A stretch of 64,000 bases of DNA from Cyanidioschyzon merolae (taxonomy: Eukaryota): the NCBI GenBank assembly GCA_000091205.1, contig AP006483.2; one strand, given 5' to 3'. Within the stretch, counting starts at the first letter, position 1. The number at the start of each line of letters is the position of its first letter. Below, one piece after another: positions 44,211 to 54,740 of this stretch. A program made the translations under genes and the position numbers. The notes under the pieces are model-generated. The model was not told the origin of the DNA. It made no database searches and was given only the letters and a program-made list of their open reading frames with translations.

Positions 44211-44991
44211 CATGGGTGTAGAGGCCCGCGTACCGGTCCATTGGCCTTGCATCCTCTGGCAAGAAAGTGTCGGCTGGCAGATCGCGCGTCTTTGCCGCTT
44301 CCGCTCCAGCAGAGCTGATCACGCGCTTCGCAATGCAGCACTGCTGATCGATTTCCCTAAAGACGCGTTCATGACTATTGCAACACCATACGTCTCATCG
44401 ATGTCGCTAGAGATGCATCATAACGAATGCGATGCGGTACCGCTGATCGATGTCGCGTAAGATAAATCATACCAATTGCAACATTATACTAATGGCCATT
44501 GTCTCTAGAGTCACTTCAAGCCTATTGCAACTCGATATTGCTGATCGATGCCATTCGCAGAGCACCCTGCGTGCTTCGAAGCGGCAGGCCTCTCTGGACC
44601 GGAAAGCGCGACCCGCTGTGCGAACAGCGCCCCGATCGATGTTCCCACATATCCCTTACTTGTATACCCCTGGGCACCAAGCTTCAATGCCTCCGAGAAT
44701 CGCAAGACCCGGGCTGATCACACCTGGGAGCGTCTTCTATGACGCTGCGTTCGCTACCCGTTGCGAAGCTCGCGTTGTCGTGCGCTATAGCGCGATCGGA
44801 TCGACGTCTGGATCCCACGAGCAGCAGCGCAATGCAAATTCATGGTACATATCTGAATATAATGAGTCAATATATCCAACCATCGTATGCTGCACACCGC
44901 AGCCACGTGCATCTGCGCCAGTGGCTGCCAAAGGACGCAGGGAGCGCGTGCCTCCAGACTTGCCAATACGTGTGCTTCGTTCACTGTATGA

Positions 44992-47900
44992 GTGTGGCAT
45001 CTGCCGTCACACTTCGGGTGGCTTTTCAAGCCGAAGGGACCGATGTGGTTTGCTCTTGCGCTATGGGCTCGCCGAATTGTCGTCTACTATGTCGCCCTCC
45101 GGGTTTATGTTGACGTTCGATGGACACGGAGGCGGGCTCGAGCTTTTGGCGAGGACGACGCGCGGTACGCTCTCCTCTGGTCGCGTTGCCATCGACGATG
45201 TGCTCGCCGTCTACTGCGCAGCATGTTGCGACTGCGAGGTCTTTGGCTTAAAGCTGGTCAATACGTCAGCACTCGTGCAGACGTCGTGCCTGTCGAGTAC
45301 GTGGAAGAGCTCATGCAACTACAGGACGCCGTGCCTGCAGAGGCGGGAGATCGCGTGCGGGCTCGACTTGAGCGCGAGCTCGCTAGGGCACCTTTCCAAC
45401 GTGGTCTTCTCGACGTGTTTGCGAATATAGACTTGGAGGAGCCGTTGGGATGTGCGAGCATTGCCCAGGTGCACCGTGCTCGGCTGCGCGGTTCGAACGC
45501 CCAGGTGGTCGTCAAACTTCGACACCGCGGCGTGAAGCGCGTTGTCGAACAGGATCTAGAAAACCTGCGCATCATTTTCGATTGGATTGCATACTACGAA
45601 CCAGACTTTGATTGGCGAGAGCTCGTTCGAGAGTGGTCATCACGCGTACGCGAAGAGCTCGACTTTCGTCTGGAGGCCACGAACCTGCAGCGCACTCGGA
45701 ACTCGCTCGCCCAAGCCGGCATGCTCTACACTGAGGTGCTTATGCCCCAGGTCTTCCCAGACCTGGTCAGTGAACGACTGCTCGTGATGGAGTACATGGA
45801 AGGCGTGCGCATCACGGCGTTCGGACCAGACGGCATTGCCCGGAACGCTGACGGCAGCGTTCGCCTCCGGTTAGAGCCTGCAAGCCTGGAGCTGGTAATG
45901 CAGCGCATTAGCCGTGCTTTTGCACACCAGATGCTTGTGGACGGCGTTTTCAACGGAGATCCTCACGGTGGGAATATTCTGGTCTGTGCATACCAACCGG
46001 GGGTATATCTCCCCGTCCTGCTCGACTTCGGACTCGTCATCCGAATGGAGGAGCGCATGCGCCAAGGCCTCGCGCGGATGATGCTAGCCGCCTCCGACGG
46101 GGACACGTTCCTGCTCATACGGTCGTTTGCGGAGATGGGTATTCGTTTCCCTGGCATCGAAAGTTCGAAAGATGTACCCAAAGGGTCAACGCAACACGAT
46201 TCTACGGCGGTAACGTTGGACGGCGATCCCGGTCGGAGCATGGAGGTTGTGCAGTTTCTTTTTCGAAGCACAGCGCCCATTGAAGAGGCCAAGCGCGAGC
46301 AGGAAGCGTTTTACAGAAAGCGCTCTCAGCCACGCGATGCGTCCCTGCCGGGTCGGAACGATCCCGAGGCTGCCCCCAAAAAAGCGGTTGCATCAAAACC
46401 AAAAGATTTTCCCAGCACTACCATCCCCGGATCGATTATGTTCATGATGCGCGTCGTGGGACTCTTACGGGGTCTAGCTTCCACGCTAGGCGTGCGGCAC
46501 GCCTTTCTTCCAGTCTTTCGGGAATATGCGCTGCGGTCGCTGCCTCCAGCGCCGGATACGTGGATTTCTCGGTCACCAGCACGGTCCCTGTCGGACAAGG
46601 TGCTCGCATTGTGTCATTCGCTCAAGGATCGCGTCGTGGGCATACAAGTGGCGGTCTATCATAAACACCGCTTACTCGTGGACGTCGCCTACGGCCGAGT
46701 CGACCCATACTCCTGGAACCGGGACGGTAGCAATATCGTAACACCAAAAACGCTATTTTCTTCGTTTTCAACCACCAAGGGAATCACCGCAATGCTGGTT
46801 GCGCGTGCGCTGCACCGAGTTCAAACTGCAGCAGCGTCAACATCAACAGCAAGAGCAGAGTCTTACGACGAAGGCTCGCTTGCGCGCTGGCGGCAGGGTT
46901 ATCACACACCGGTGCATACGATCTGGCCAGAGTTTGGCACGAGTACCTGGAAACGCGCCTGTACCATCGGGCACATCATGAGTCATCGGTCGGGGCTGCA
47001 ACACGCGTTACCTGCCTCTTTCAGTATGTGCAACGCCTTGAACTGGGACCTAATGGTCTCTGAGATCGCCCAGGTAGAACCTGTTTTCGAGCCCGGCACT
47101 CGGGTTGCCTACCAGTATCTCTCGTTCAGCTGGCTTGCTGGCGGTATCCTCGAGCGTTGTCCGACCTTGGATGCGCAGCGTCCGTACGCTCGGGTAGCGG
47201 AGCATTTGGCGCAACTGAAAGAGGCTTTTGGAATCGAACCCGATGAAGCATATATCGGACTTGAGATACAGCAGGTCGGTGGCAGCGACGACGGTACATT
47301 CGATAAGCACGGCGCTGTAGTTTGTGATACTCAGGGCATACCGAATGGCATCAAGGAGCACATGTCGGGGAATCCGCCGGTATCACGCGACCGCCTCGCA
47401 GTCTTGAACAAGTTTGGTGCCGGTCTCACCAGTGACGCGCTCCTTGGTGGTGATGGTGCTGCGACTGCGCAGGCGGAAGCCGCGGCACCAGCGGGTGAGC
47501 GCGCTTTTCCCGCTCCTGTGGATGCTGTTGCAACTTCTACGGATCCAGCCGGTTTGGAAACGGGCGAGCGACCCGCCTCGAGCACAGTCGAACGAGCCCA
47601 TCAATCTACCTTGTCCGTGGTGAGCGCAGCGAGTTCGGATCTGCTCAATAGCGGTCTGGATGCCATTGGGACGCTCATGGAAGCCAACGATAATCCCCTG
47701 GAAAAACAACAACTTAGCCAGTTGCGAGAGCGAATCCAGCGAGAGAAGTTGTTCTGGGTACTCGATCCCTGCTTCTTCAATCATTTGTTGGTACGCAAAG
47801 CTTGTCTTCCTGCAGCGAATGGTCACTTCACAGCTCGGGCTTTAGCGCGCTTCTACGATAAGGCAATGCAACAGCCGTGGTGGCGAATGGCAACCGAGGC

Positions 47901-48150
47901 CGTTCCCGACAGTGACTGGACTCTGGGCGGATTGCTTCGCTTTGCGGACGGTCTTATTATAGGCCATGGTGGTATTGGGGGCTCCTTTGCGCTGGCGATC
48001 CCAAAGGCCCAGCTCACCATTGCTATCACTGTCAACCGTCTGGAGCTCAGTCGGAATGGTCCATCTGTGGCCGAACATGTTCTGGAGTTGGTTGCTAAGG
48101 ATCTTCACATCAAGCGCTTTGCTCCAAAGAGACTTTTTCGGAGGCGCTGA
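44992..48150 (+). CDS. ABC1/UbiB-family atypical kinase (ADCK-like) fused to a C-terminal serine beta-lactamase/transpeptidase-like domain (ABC1K-beta-lactamase fusion)
   Basis: LKAGQYVSTRADVVPVEYVEEL..PLGCASIAQVHRARL..QVVVKLRHRGV..DLENL..DFRLEATN..LLVMEYMEG matches the ABC1/aarF kinase motif series (KxGQ, AS(I/L)AQVH, VAVKVQ, DF..EA.N). The downstream TPKTLFSSFSTTKGITAMLVA carries the S-x-x-K active-site motif of class C/LACTB-like beta-lactamase-fold hydrolases, and GHGGIGGSFALAI resembles the KTG/HxG box. 1052 aa, single ORF. Confidence 0.85.
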   Translation: MWHLPSHFGWLFKPKGPMWFALALWARRIVVYYVALRVYVDVRWTRRRARAFGEDDARYALLWSRCHRRCARRLLRSMLRLRGLWLKAGQYVSTRADVVPVEYVEELMQLQDAVPAEAGDRVRARLERELARAPFQRGLLDVFANIDLEEPLGCASIAQVHRARLRGSNAQVVVKLRHRGVKRVVEQDLENLRIIFDWIAYYEPDFDWRELVREWSSRVREELDFRLEATNLQRTRNSLAQAGMLYTEVLMPQVFPDLVSERLLVMEYMEGVRITAFGPDGIARNADGSVRLRLEPASLELVMQRISRAFAHQMLVDGVFNGDPHGGNILVCAYQPGVYLPVLLDFGLVIRMEERMRQGLARMMLAASDGDTFLLIRSFAEMGIRFPGIESSKDVPKGSTQHDSTAVTLDGDPGRSMEVVQFLFRSTAPIEEAKREQEAFYRKRSQPRDASLPGRNDPEAAPKKAVASKPKDFPSTTIPGSIMFMMRVVGLLRGLASTLGVRHAFLPVFREYALRSLPPAPDTWISRSPARSLSDKVLALCHSLKDRVVGIQVAVYHKHRLLVDVAYGRVDPYSWNRDGSNIVTPKTLFSSFSTTKGITAMLVARALHRVQTAAASTSTARAESYDEGSLARWRQGYHTPVHTIWPEFGTSTWKRACTIGHIMSHRSGLQHALPASFSMCNALNWDLMVSEIAQVEPVFEPGTRVAYQYLSFSWLAGGILERCPTLDAQRPYARVAEHLAQLKEAFGIEPDEAYIGLEIQQVGGSDDGTFDKHGAVVCDTQGIPNGIKEHMSGNPPVSRDRLAVLNKFGAGLTSDALLGGDGAATAQAEAAAPAGERAFPAPVDAVATSTDPAGLETGERPASSTVERAHQSTLSVVSAASSDLLNSGLDAIGTLMEANDNPLEKQQLSQLRERIQREKLFWVLDPCFFNHLLVRKACLPAANGHFTARALARFYDKAMQQPWWRMATEAVPDSDWTLGGLLRFADGLIIGHGGIGGSFALAIPKAQLTIAITVNRLELSRNGPSVAEHVLELVAKDLHIKRFAPKRLFRRR

Positions 48151-49697
48151 ACAAGTCATCAATTCGTTGCTCTTGTTTCATGACGCCAGAAGAACACACA
48201 GAGCCGCTACTAGGGTGATGGACGCGTTGAATCAGTCATCACTTGGCTGTGCTTGTTCCGAGGCACCTGAGAAACACACAGAGACACTAGAAGTGTACCT
48301 GGCGCCTTGTTGTTGACCGCCGCGTGTACCAGCCGCACTGCAACTAAGACGCGCGATGCATTCCATTCCGTGGTAGTCGTCGTATCCGGCCAATGTATAT
48401 AAGCTTCGAATGAACCCAGAGAGCGCCAATGACCTCCCCAGTGCAACTGGTTTCGGACTCGGGATACAAACTCGTGTCCAGGCGCTGCGCGTTTAGTTTA
48501 CAGCGGTTGGCATCGAGAGAAGACGCCGATAAGCGCTGCTTTGCCAGCGGAACATGTACGTATTCGCCGACTCCCCTAAGAAAGTTCATTAGGTTTCGGA
48601 CCTCGCTTGCTTTAAAGTCCAAATTGATTCATGCGGAAACCACCGATGCTGACAATCGGAAAGCAGCGTTCAGTATCGATAAGCACCGCTCCAGAGTGTG
48701 CACTTGTGTACGGTTACTGCTGGTGCTCAAGTGCGTTTCATCGCTTACCGAGCTCGTTCGTAGTTCAACGTAAGCGGCATCGTACGTATCCGAAAACAGG
48801 CATCATGCCTCGTTTCGAATACGTTCGGTGGTTGGTAAGGCTCTGATGCAATCACTACAGCTGCTGTGTTCTATTGCGGTTATGCTTCGTTGGGTGCCAA
48901 AGCATACTTCGCGAGTGGAACTGCGCACCTGGGCTACCCCAGCAACGAGTACAGCAGCGTGTCAAGCGTCGTGTTTCCGGCCTGCATGCCACATGAATGA
49001 AAACAACGTTACCTCAAGCAACCAGATAGCTTGCTTCCCAAGCGGGGTCGCCACTAGCACCTTCGGGACAAGCGAATGGCAGCGCTGGGGTCACCGCACG
49101 CATACGAGCCCAGCAGCAACGAAATCTTGCGTCAGTGTGGACGAGTGAGCGCCACGCAGCACTGGACTTGGAACCTAAGCAAGTGCATCCGTTGCCCCTC
49201 TGTTCGTCCGTCGTCGAGCACACTTCTGCGCCGACACAGTGCACTGCGCATAGGGCGTCAGCGCTTTTTCGGAAACGTTTGCAGCAGTGAAGCTCTTCTA
49301 GGATCACTAAGCACGTCTCTAATTGGCTTCGGAACGCTTCAGGTCTCGAGCACAGTTCCGCATAAACGCGGTGCACAGCTCACAGGGAGACAACGCCTTA
49401 TTGCAGTTATTGTTAGTGGTAAAATACCTTCCCGTGCTCGTTTACGCATACAAGTCGATCAGTCCAGGGAAGCTATCGTCAATGAGCGCTGCTTTGCAGG
49501 AGCGCTTCCCGTCCAAGGCCCGCGGTCATGAACAAGCAGGACAGCGTACGGGCGTTACAGCGACAAAACTACGGTACGCTGCGTTTGTAGTCGAGAACTC
49601 GAGCGTGTTTTCGCATGCCTACGCCCTTCAGAGACGCTACACTGTTGAAACTGGTGGACGCGGGCCTGCTTAGACTAGAAGGTCATATTCATGCAAG

Positions 49698-52600
49698 ATG
49701 AATGCGGACCAAGTTGCTGCACTCGCTCGTGCTGTCGCGGAAACAACCTGGCAAGGTACGCTTCAGTATATAGTTGCCAGTACCGCGTTGAGGCAAGAGC
49801 CTCTGAGCAAACCGCAACTTCAGTGGACATCAAGTTTGCGGAGGGCGCTGCATTTGGCCAAAACAGCAAATTATGGTGCCCCGACCAGCAACCAGGAGTC
49901 TGCAGTGCTGAAAGCACCTGCTGAGGCTGCGACTGTGGTACAAAGCGACGCAGCAGTCGCCGGTCAAACTACAGTCCTTGCAGCGTTTACAGGGGCCGCA
50001 TGGTACCTCCAAGGTGCACCCGCACCCAAAATAAGTCTAGAGTGGAATGATGAGGTCTCCGCGGACGACCTATTGGACCCGTGGGGGCTCGTGCTTCCCA
50101 TGTGCTGCTGGACGTTACCGGAGCAGTCAACGTCAATAGCAGCGACAGCGCTCGCGTTCGAAACTAACACGCACCCAGGGATATCTTCACAGAGTATCGA
50201 GCCAGCATGGAATACTGCCGATACACTGGATATGTTTCCAGCAGTCTGGGATCCGCAGTACTACGTGCGTGGTCGCGGTGACGGCATCAGGCGTTTCGCG
50301 AGACCAAAGCAACTGCAACCTCCAGAGCAAATGCGGCCGGTTGTGTCTTTATCCGGGCAAGTAGATGACCAGCTGCCGAGCAGGCCGGACGCTTCAGACG
50401 AACGCAACGATTCGGACTGGTGGAACGTATGTGTAGAGCGTATCCAGAAGTGGAATCCGCCTCTCTGGATGCCAGCAACACAGCCACCTAGCCAGCTCAA
50501 TTGGGTACCTCGGAGACAGACCAAGCAGAACCTTCTTGATCGAATACATCTTGATGAAGCATACCTGCAGTCTTTGGAGCAGCGACGAGCACGCGAGTCG
50601 ATCAGTAACCCCAATGGAGGAAGTGCCCTTGCCTACATCGCCGGCGATGCGGATGAACTCGGTGGACTCGCCTTCACAGGTCGAGTCATGGAGAGAAGCC
50701 GGCAACCCGGATTTTCCTGGGCACAAGCCTTCGAACCTGAGCAAGGCGATGAGATCCTTTTCGGTATTCGACTCGAGCAACTAGAGGAAGAACCTGAGGA
50801 ATCGACGGCTGCTAGAACGCCTCGGATTGCTACGGCAAGGACGCTGGAAACTGCAACTGATCCACCGCGTGCGGTTCCTTCTCTGCCCGCGCTTGATCGA
50901 CTGGATGCACGTCTGGCCTCAGTCGAGCGCTCACTGGAAGAGCTTCTCCGACCCGAACAACAGCAAAGCGACCTCGGCATTGGTGCATCAACTAATATGC
51001 CAAATGTATCAGCAGTAGCAGCAGCAGGAGGAGGAGGAAAGCCAGCCCGGCGCTCTGTCTATGCGCTGGTCGACGAGTCGGATCCAGTGGACTTTGCGCA
51101 ACGCGTCCCAAAGCCAGCACTCGAGTTTCCCTTTGAACTAGATCGCTTCCAGAAGCAGGCCATTCTGCACATTGAGCGCGGAGAGAGCGTCTTTGTCGCA
51201 GCTCACACCTCTGCAGGGAAGACAGTGGTTGCTGAATACGCGATTGCGCTGGCTCGCGCTCATGCAACCAAGGCAATTTACACGAGTCCCATCAAGACGC
51301 TCAGCAATCAAAAGTTTCGGGATTTTAGTGATCGTTTTGGTTCGGAGTCAATTGGTTTGATCACGGGCGATGTCTGCATCCAGCCAACGGCTCCCTGTCT
51401 AATCATGACAACAGAGATTCTGCGCTCGATGCTCTACCGGGGTGCCGACCTCATTCGGGACGTCGAGTGGGTCATCTTCGATGAAGTCCACTACGTGAAC
51501 GATGAAGAGCGTGGTGTCGTCTGGGAGGAGGTCATCATTCTGCTGCCGGAACACGTCAACATCATCATGCTTTCGGCAACGGTGCCGAACGCGCAAGAAT
51601 TTGCCGACTGGGTTGGACGCTGCAAACAGAGACCTGTGTATGTCATCACGACGAGCCACCGACCAGTGCCGCTTCAGCATTATATCTACGCGAAGAACGA
51701 TCTCATTCTCGTGAAAAATGCACGAGGGGATTTTCTCTCACAGGGCTACAAGGCCGCTCAGGATGTGGAGCGGGAACTCGTCGCCAAGCGCGGAGCGAAA
51801 GCGCACCTGGCACCTGCTGGGATACTAGGACGCCCAGCCTGGGGTACATTGGTGCAGTTCCTGCGCAAACGAGAGCTTCTACCGGCAGTAGTTTTCTGTT
51901 TCTCTCGCAAGAGATGTGAAGAGGCAGCGGACAGCCTTGGTACATTGAATCTACACCAGCAGAACCCGGGCGAAGCGCATCGGATCCACGTTGTGGTCGA
52001 GTCGGCACTCTCGCGCTTGCAAGCGGCGGATCGGCGTGTTCCACAGATTCAAAGAGTTCGTGACCTCCTGCACCGAGGCATCGGCATCCACCATGCCGGA
52101 CTGCTGCCCATCGTGAAAGAGATGACGGAAATTTTATTTCAACGGGGCCTCGTGCGGGTCCTCTTCGCCACCGAGACGTTCGCCATGGGTGTGAATATGC
52201 CCGCACGCACCGTCGTCTTCAGCGGCATTCGCAAACACGATGGAAGGCAGTATCGACTGCTGAGTCCTGGTGAATATACCCAGATGAGCGGGCGAGCCGG
52301 TCGCCGGGGCCTCGACGCCTATGGCATCGTGATCCTCTTCTTCTCCGTAGGCGAACTCCCGACTGAGCTAGACCTGAAACGCACTATGACAGGAGTGCCA
52401 CCCCGGCTTTCAAGCCAGTTCCGCCTCTCCTACAACATGATACTGAACTTGATTCGAACGGAGCGCGTGCAGGTCGAAGAGGTGATCCGCAGGAGCTTCA
52501 CTGAAGCGGAGTCGTTTGGCGCGGAACGCCGCATCCAGCGCCTGCTGGTGCACGGACGCGCGAACCTCGCACGCATAGATTCGGAACTAGCGACATTTGG

Positions 52601-54170
52601 GGATCAATTTTCACAATACTATACCTATGTCAATCAAGTTGTACAGCGTGCCAGCGCTGTTCATGAGCAGCTATTCTCCGTGGGTCCGCATGGCTACGCC
52701 AGCATCACTGCGGTCCCTGGTCGAATGCTGTTGCTGCGTCGTACCGATGGTGGCATTGCTTTGGGGATCGTTGTCGGTGCAGCAGCGGAGAAGCGGTATC
52801 GGGCATCCGCGCAACATCTACTGGAGGAAATCCGGCGATTGGTGGTGCCAGTTCTGGTACTCCTGGGTGGCCCGGCGCTTCGCGACACCGTGTTTGCGCT
52901 ATCCGAGGAGCCGTCTGCCCAGGTCGGAAATGCCGCTAACGACGCGGGTGCACGCTCGACGAGCGTGTTCACCGAGCCTGTGCGGCTTGCATATCAGCAG
53001 CGGTTGCACGGTCTGGAGTTTTGCATCGGAGATGCGGTCCCGAGCGAGATTCTCACAGTCTATCATCAGGTGCTGTCCATTCCGAACGAGAAAAATCTTG
53101 AGCGTTCGCTCTTCCCGCTGCGCGGTCGTCCAAACTTGGAGCTCGTGGCCACGCTGCTCGAGTCTTTGCGTTCCGTAGCGGAACGGTTCGGCGCAGCTGA
53201 TGCAACATCGGAGTTTTTGGTGGGTATGCATCCACGGGAGCATTGCGGTATTCCAGATTTGGAGCTCGAAGCAAAATGGATTGAAAAAGAGCGTCTCCTT
53301 CGTGACCATATTCTGAACTCTGCGTGCTTGTGGGACGCCTATAATCGCAGCGTTCTTGCTACCGCGTTTGAACTTGCGGAACGGCGCCACCGTCTTGAGC
53401 AGAAGCTCGAGTATCTGCAGTATGCGAGCAGCTATCGCTCTCTGCAACTCCTACCGGACTATATGCAGCGTTTGGCCGTTCTCGAGCGACTTGGATACAT
53501 AGAGCGCAGCGGTTCTGGAAACAACTTGGACTACGACCCGGTGACGTTCTCGGATGCCGAGCGGCCGCCGTCCAACGGGCTCATGGTGACGCTCAAAGGG
53601 CGAGCCGCCTGCGATGTGGGCACCTGTGATTCTTTGCTTTTGGTGGAATCCATGTTTGAGGGGATCTTCAGTGACCTTGAACCCTGCAGTATTGCAGCAC
53701 TAGCCTCCTGTCTGGTATTCCAGGAGAAACTAGATCCCAGCGAGTACATCTTGCCAGATCAGGCCGCCCGTTCCGAGTTAGATGGCCTGCAGCTGGATGC
53801 AACGGCGATGGAGACGCTGGCTGCCTCCCTGAACAAACTCAAGCGCGTTGCGTTAGCTCTCGGAACCGTCCAAGCAGAGTGCGGTCTTCCGGTGTCACCC
53901 AGCGAGTATCAGAGCATGACGGTGAACCCGGGTCTCTTGATTCCCGCGCTGCTTTGGGCTCAGGGCGCTCCATTTAAAGATATTTGCGTATGGACGCCGG
54001 TGCAAGAGGGAAGCATTGTTCGCACGATTGTGCGCTTGAGTGAGCTCCTTCGAGAGACCGCCGATGTTGCTCGCGTTATTGGTGACAGTCGGCTTCTGTC
54101 CAAGGTTGACACCGCCTCGCGCTCGATCAAGCGAGACATCATTTTCGCTGCCTCGTTGTACGTTGCGTGA
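49698..54170 (+). CDS. Ski2-like DExH-box RNA helicase (SKI2/MTR4 family) with a long N-terminal region and a C-terminal DSHCT domain
   Basis: FELDRFQKQAI (Q-motif), AHTSAGKTVVAEYA (motif I, GKT), FDEVHYVND (DEVH box), MLSATVPN (motif III), HHAGLLP / TETFAMGVN / QMSGRAGRRG (motifs IV-VI), and the C-terminal DSHCT-like block ICVWTPVQEGSIVRTIVRLSELLRE. ~480 aa precede the helicase core, which fits SKI2 better than MTR4. Confidence 0.85.
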   Translation: MNADQVAALARAVAETTWQGTLQYIVASTALRQEPLSKPQLQWTSSLRRALHLAKTANYGAPTSNQESAVLKAPAEAATVVQSDAAVAGQTTVLAAFTGAAWYLQGAPAPKISLEWNDEVSADDLLDPWGLVLPMCCWTLPEQSTSIAATALAFETNTHPGISSQSIEPAWNTADTLDMFPAVWDPQYYVRGRGDGIRRFARPKQLQPPEQMRPVVSLSGQVDDQLPSRPDASDERNDSDWWNVCVERIQKWNPPLWMPATQPPSQLNWVPRRQTKQNLLDRIHLDEAYLQSLEQRRARESISNPNGGSALAYIAGDADELGGLAFTGRVMERSRQPGFSWAQAFEPEQGDEILFGIRLEQLEEEPEESTAARTPRIATARTLETATDPPRAVPSLPALDRLDARLASVERSLEELLRPEQQQSDLGIGASTNMPNVSAVAAAGGGGKPARRSVYALVDESDPVDFAQRVPKPALEFPFELDRFQKQAILHIERGESVFVAAHTSAGKTVVAEYAIALARAHATKAIYTSPIKTLSNQKFRDFSDRFGSESIGLITGDVCIQPTAPCLIMTTEILRSMLYRGADLIRDVEWVIFDEVHYVNDEERGVVWEEVIILLPEHVNIIMLSATVPNAQEFADWVGRCKQRPVYVITTSHRPVPLQHYIYAKNDLILVKNARGDFLSQGYKAAQDVERELVAKRGAKAHLAPAGILGRPAWGTLVQFLRKRELLPAVVFCFSRKRCEEAADSLGTLNLHQQNPGEAHRIHVVVESALSRLQAADRRVPQIQRVRDLLHRGIGIHHAGLLPIVKEMTEILFQRGLVRVLFATETFAMGVNMPARTVVFSGIRKHDGRQYRLLSPGEYTQMSGRAGRRGLDAYGIVILFFSVGELPTELDLKRTMTGVPPRLSSQFRLSYNMILNLIRTERVQVEEVIRRSFTEAESFGAERRIQRLLVHGRANLARIDSELATFGDQFSQYYTYVNQVVQRASAVHEQLFSVGPHGYASITAVPGRMLLLRRTDGGIALGIVVGAAAEKRYRASAQHLLEEIRRLVVPVLVLLGGPALRDTVFALSEEPSAQVGNAANDAGARSTSVFTEPVRLAYQQRLHGLEFCIGDAVPSEILTVYHQVLSIPNEKNLERSLFPLRGRPNLELVATLLESLRSVAERFGAADATSEFLVGMHPREHCGIPDLELEAKWIEKERLLRDHILNSACLWDAYNRSVLATAFELAERRHRLEQKLEYLQYASSYRSLQLLPDYMQRLAVLERLGYIERSGSGNNLDYDPVTFSDAERPPSNGLMVTLKGRAACDVGTCDSLLLVESMFEGIFSDLEPCSIAALASCLVFQEKLDPSEYILPDQAARSELDGLQLDATAMETLAASLNKLKRVALALGTVQAECGLPVSPSEYQSMTVNPGLLIPALLWAQGAPFKDICVWTPVQEGSIVRTIVRLSELLRETADVARVIGDSRLLSKVDTASRSIKRDIIFAASLYVA

Positions 54171-54712
54171 GAAGCAGGCGTTCTCAAGATGCTGCGAACA
54201 CGGCGAGTATTTGTGTGTATTTATGATGCACCCTTAGTTCGTCTGGTCGAGGCTTGGATGCAAGCACCCAGCTTGTGCCATCTTGGGAAGGGTGTCATGC
54301 TATTTGGCCGAGCATCTATGGATCTAGTTCCTTGATCGGAAACAGCTGCGTCTATGAGGTTGCACCTTATGCATTGTAGCTGCCGATGACTTGCGGTACG
54401 AATGTGCATCTTGTTGTGCTGGCGAGCAAGGCCCTTGTTGGTGCCTCGAATCGATCGCTAATCGGCAGTCAATGGGGAAAGCTTCCAAGTAAGCCGGTTT
54501 GTCGGAGCATGGATCGATATTTTCTGCCGCGCGTGCACGCCCCGCTTTGATCCCTCGTAGCGGATTCGGATTGGAGTGCTCTGCGAAGCGCACAAGAAGC
54601 GCACTCCTTGAGCTGTCATGTTCCTCTGCGCAATTCCCACCGAGAGGCATGCCTGCGTCTTGGCTTCCCTGGATTCGAATCCAGGAGTGCAAAATCGAGT
54701 TTCTGAGGCAAC

Positions 54713-54740
54713 CAGGCAGGCAGGCAGGCAGGCAGGCAGA
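54713..54740. repeat. (CAGG)7 microsatellite
   Basis: Direct read: caggcaggcaggcaggcaggcaggcaga. Confidence 0.9.

Noticed and set aside
44450-45430. 326-aa ORF overlapping the 5' end of the ABC1K gene in another frame
   Set aside because: Low-complexity R/S/A-rich translation with no motifs. It overlaps the frame that carries the conserved ABC1 motifs, so it is considered spurious. Its only relevance is that the true ABC1K start might lie upstream.
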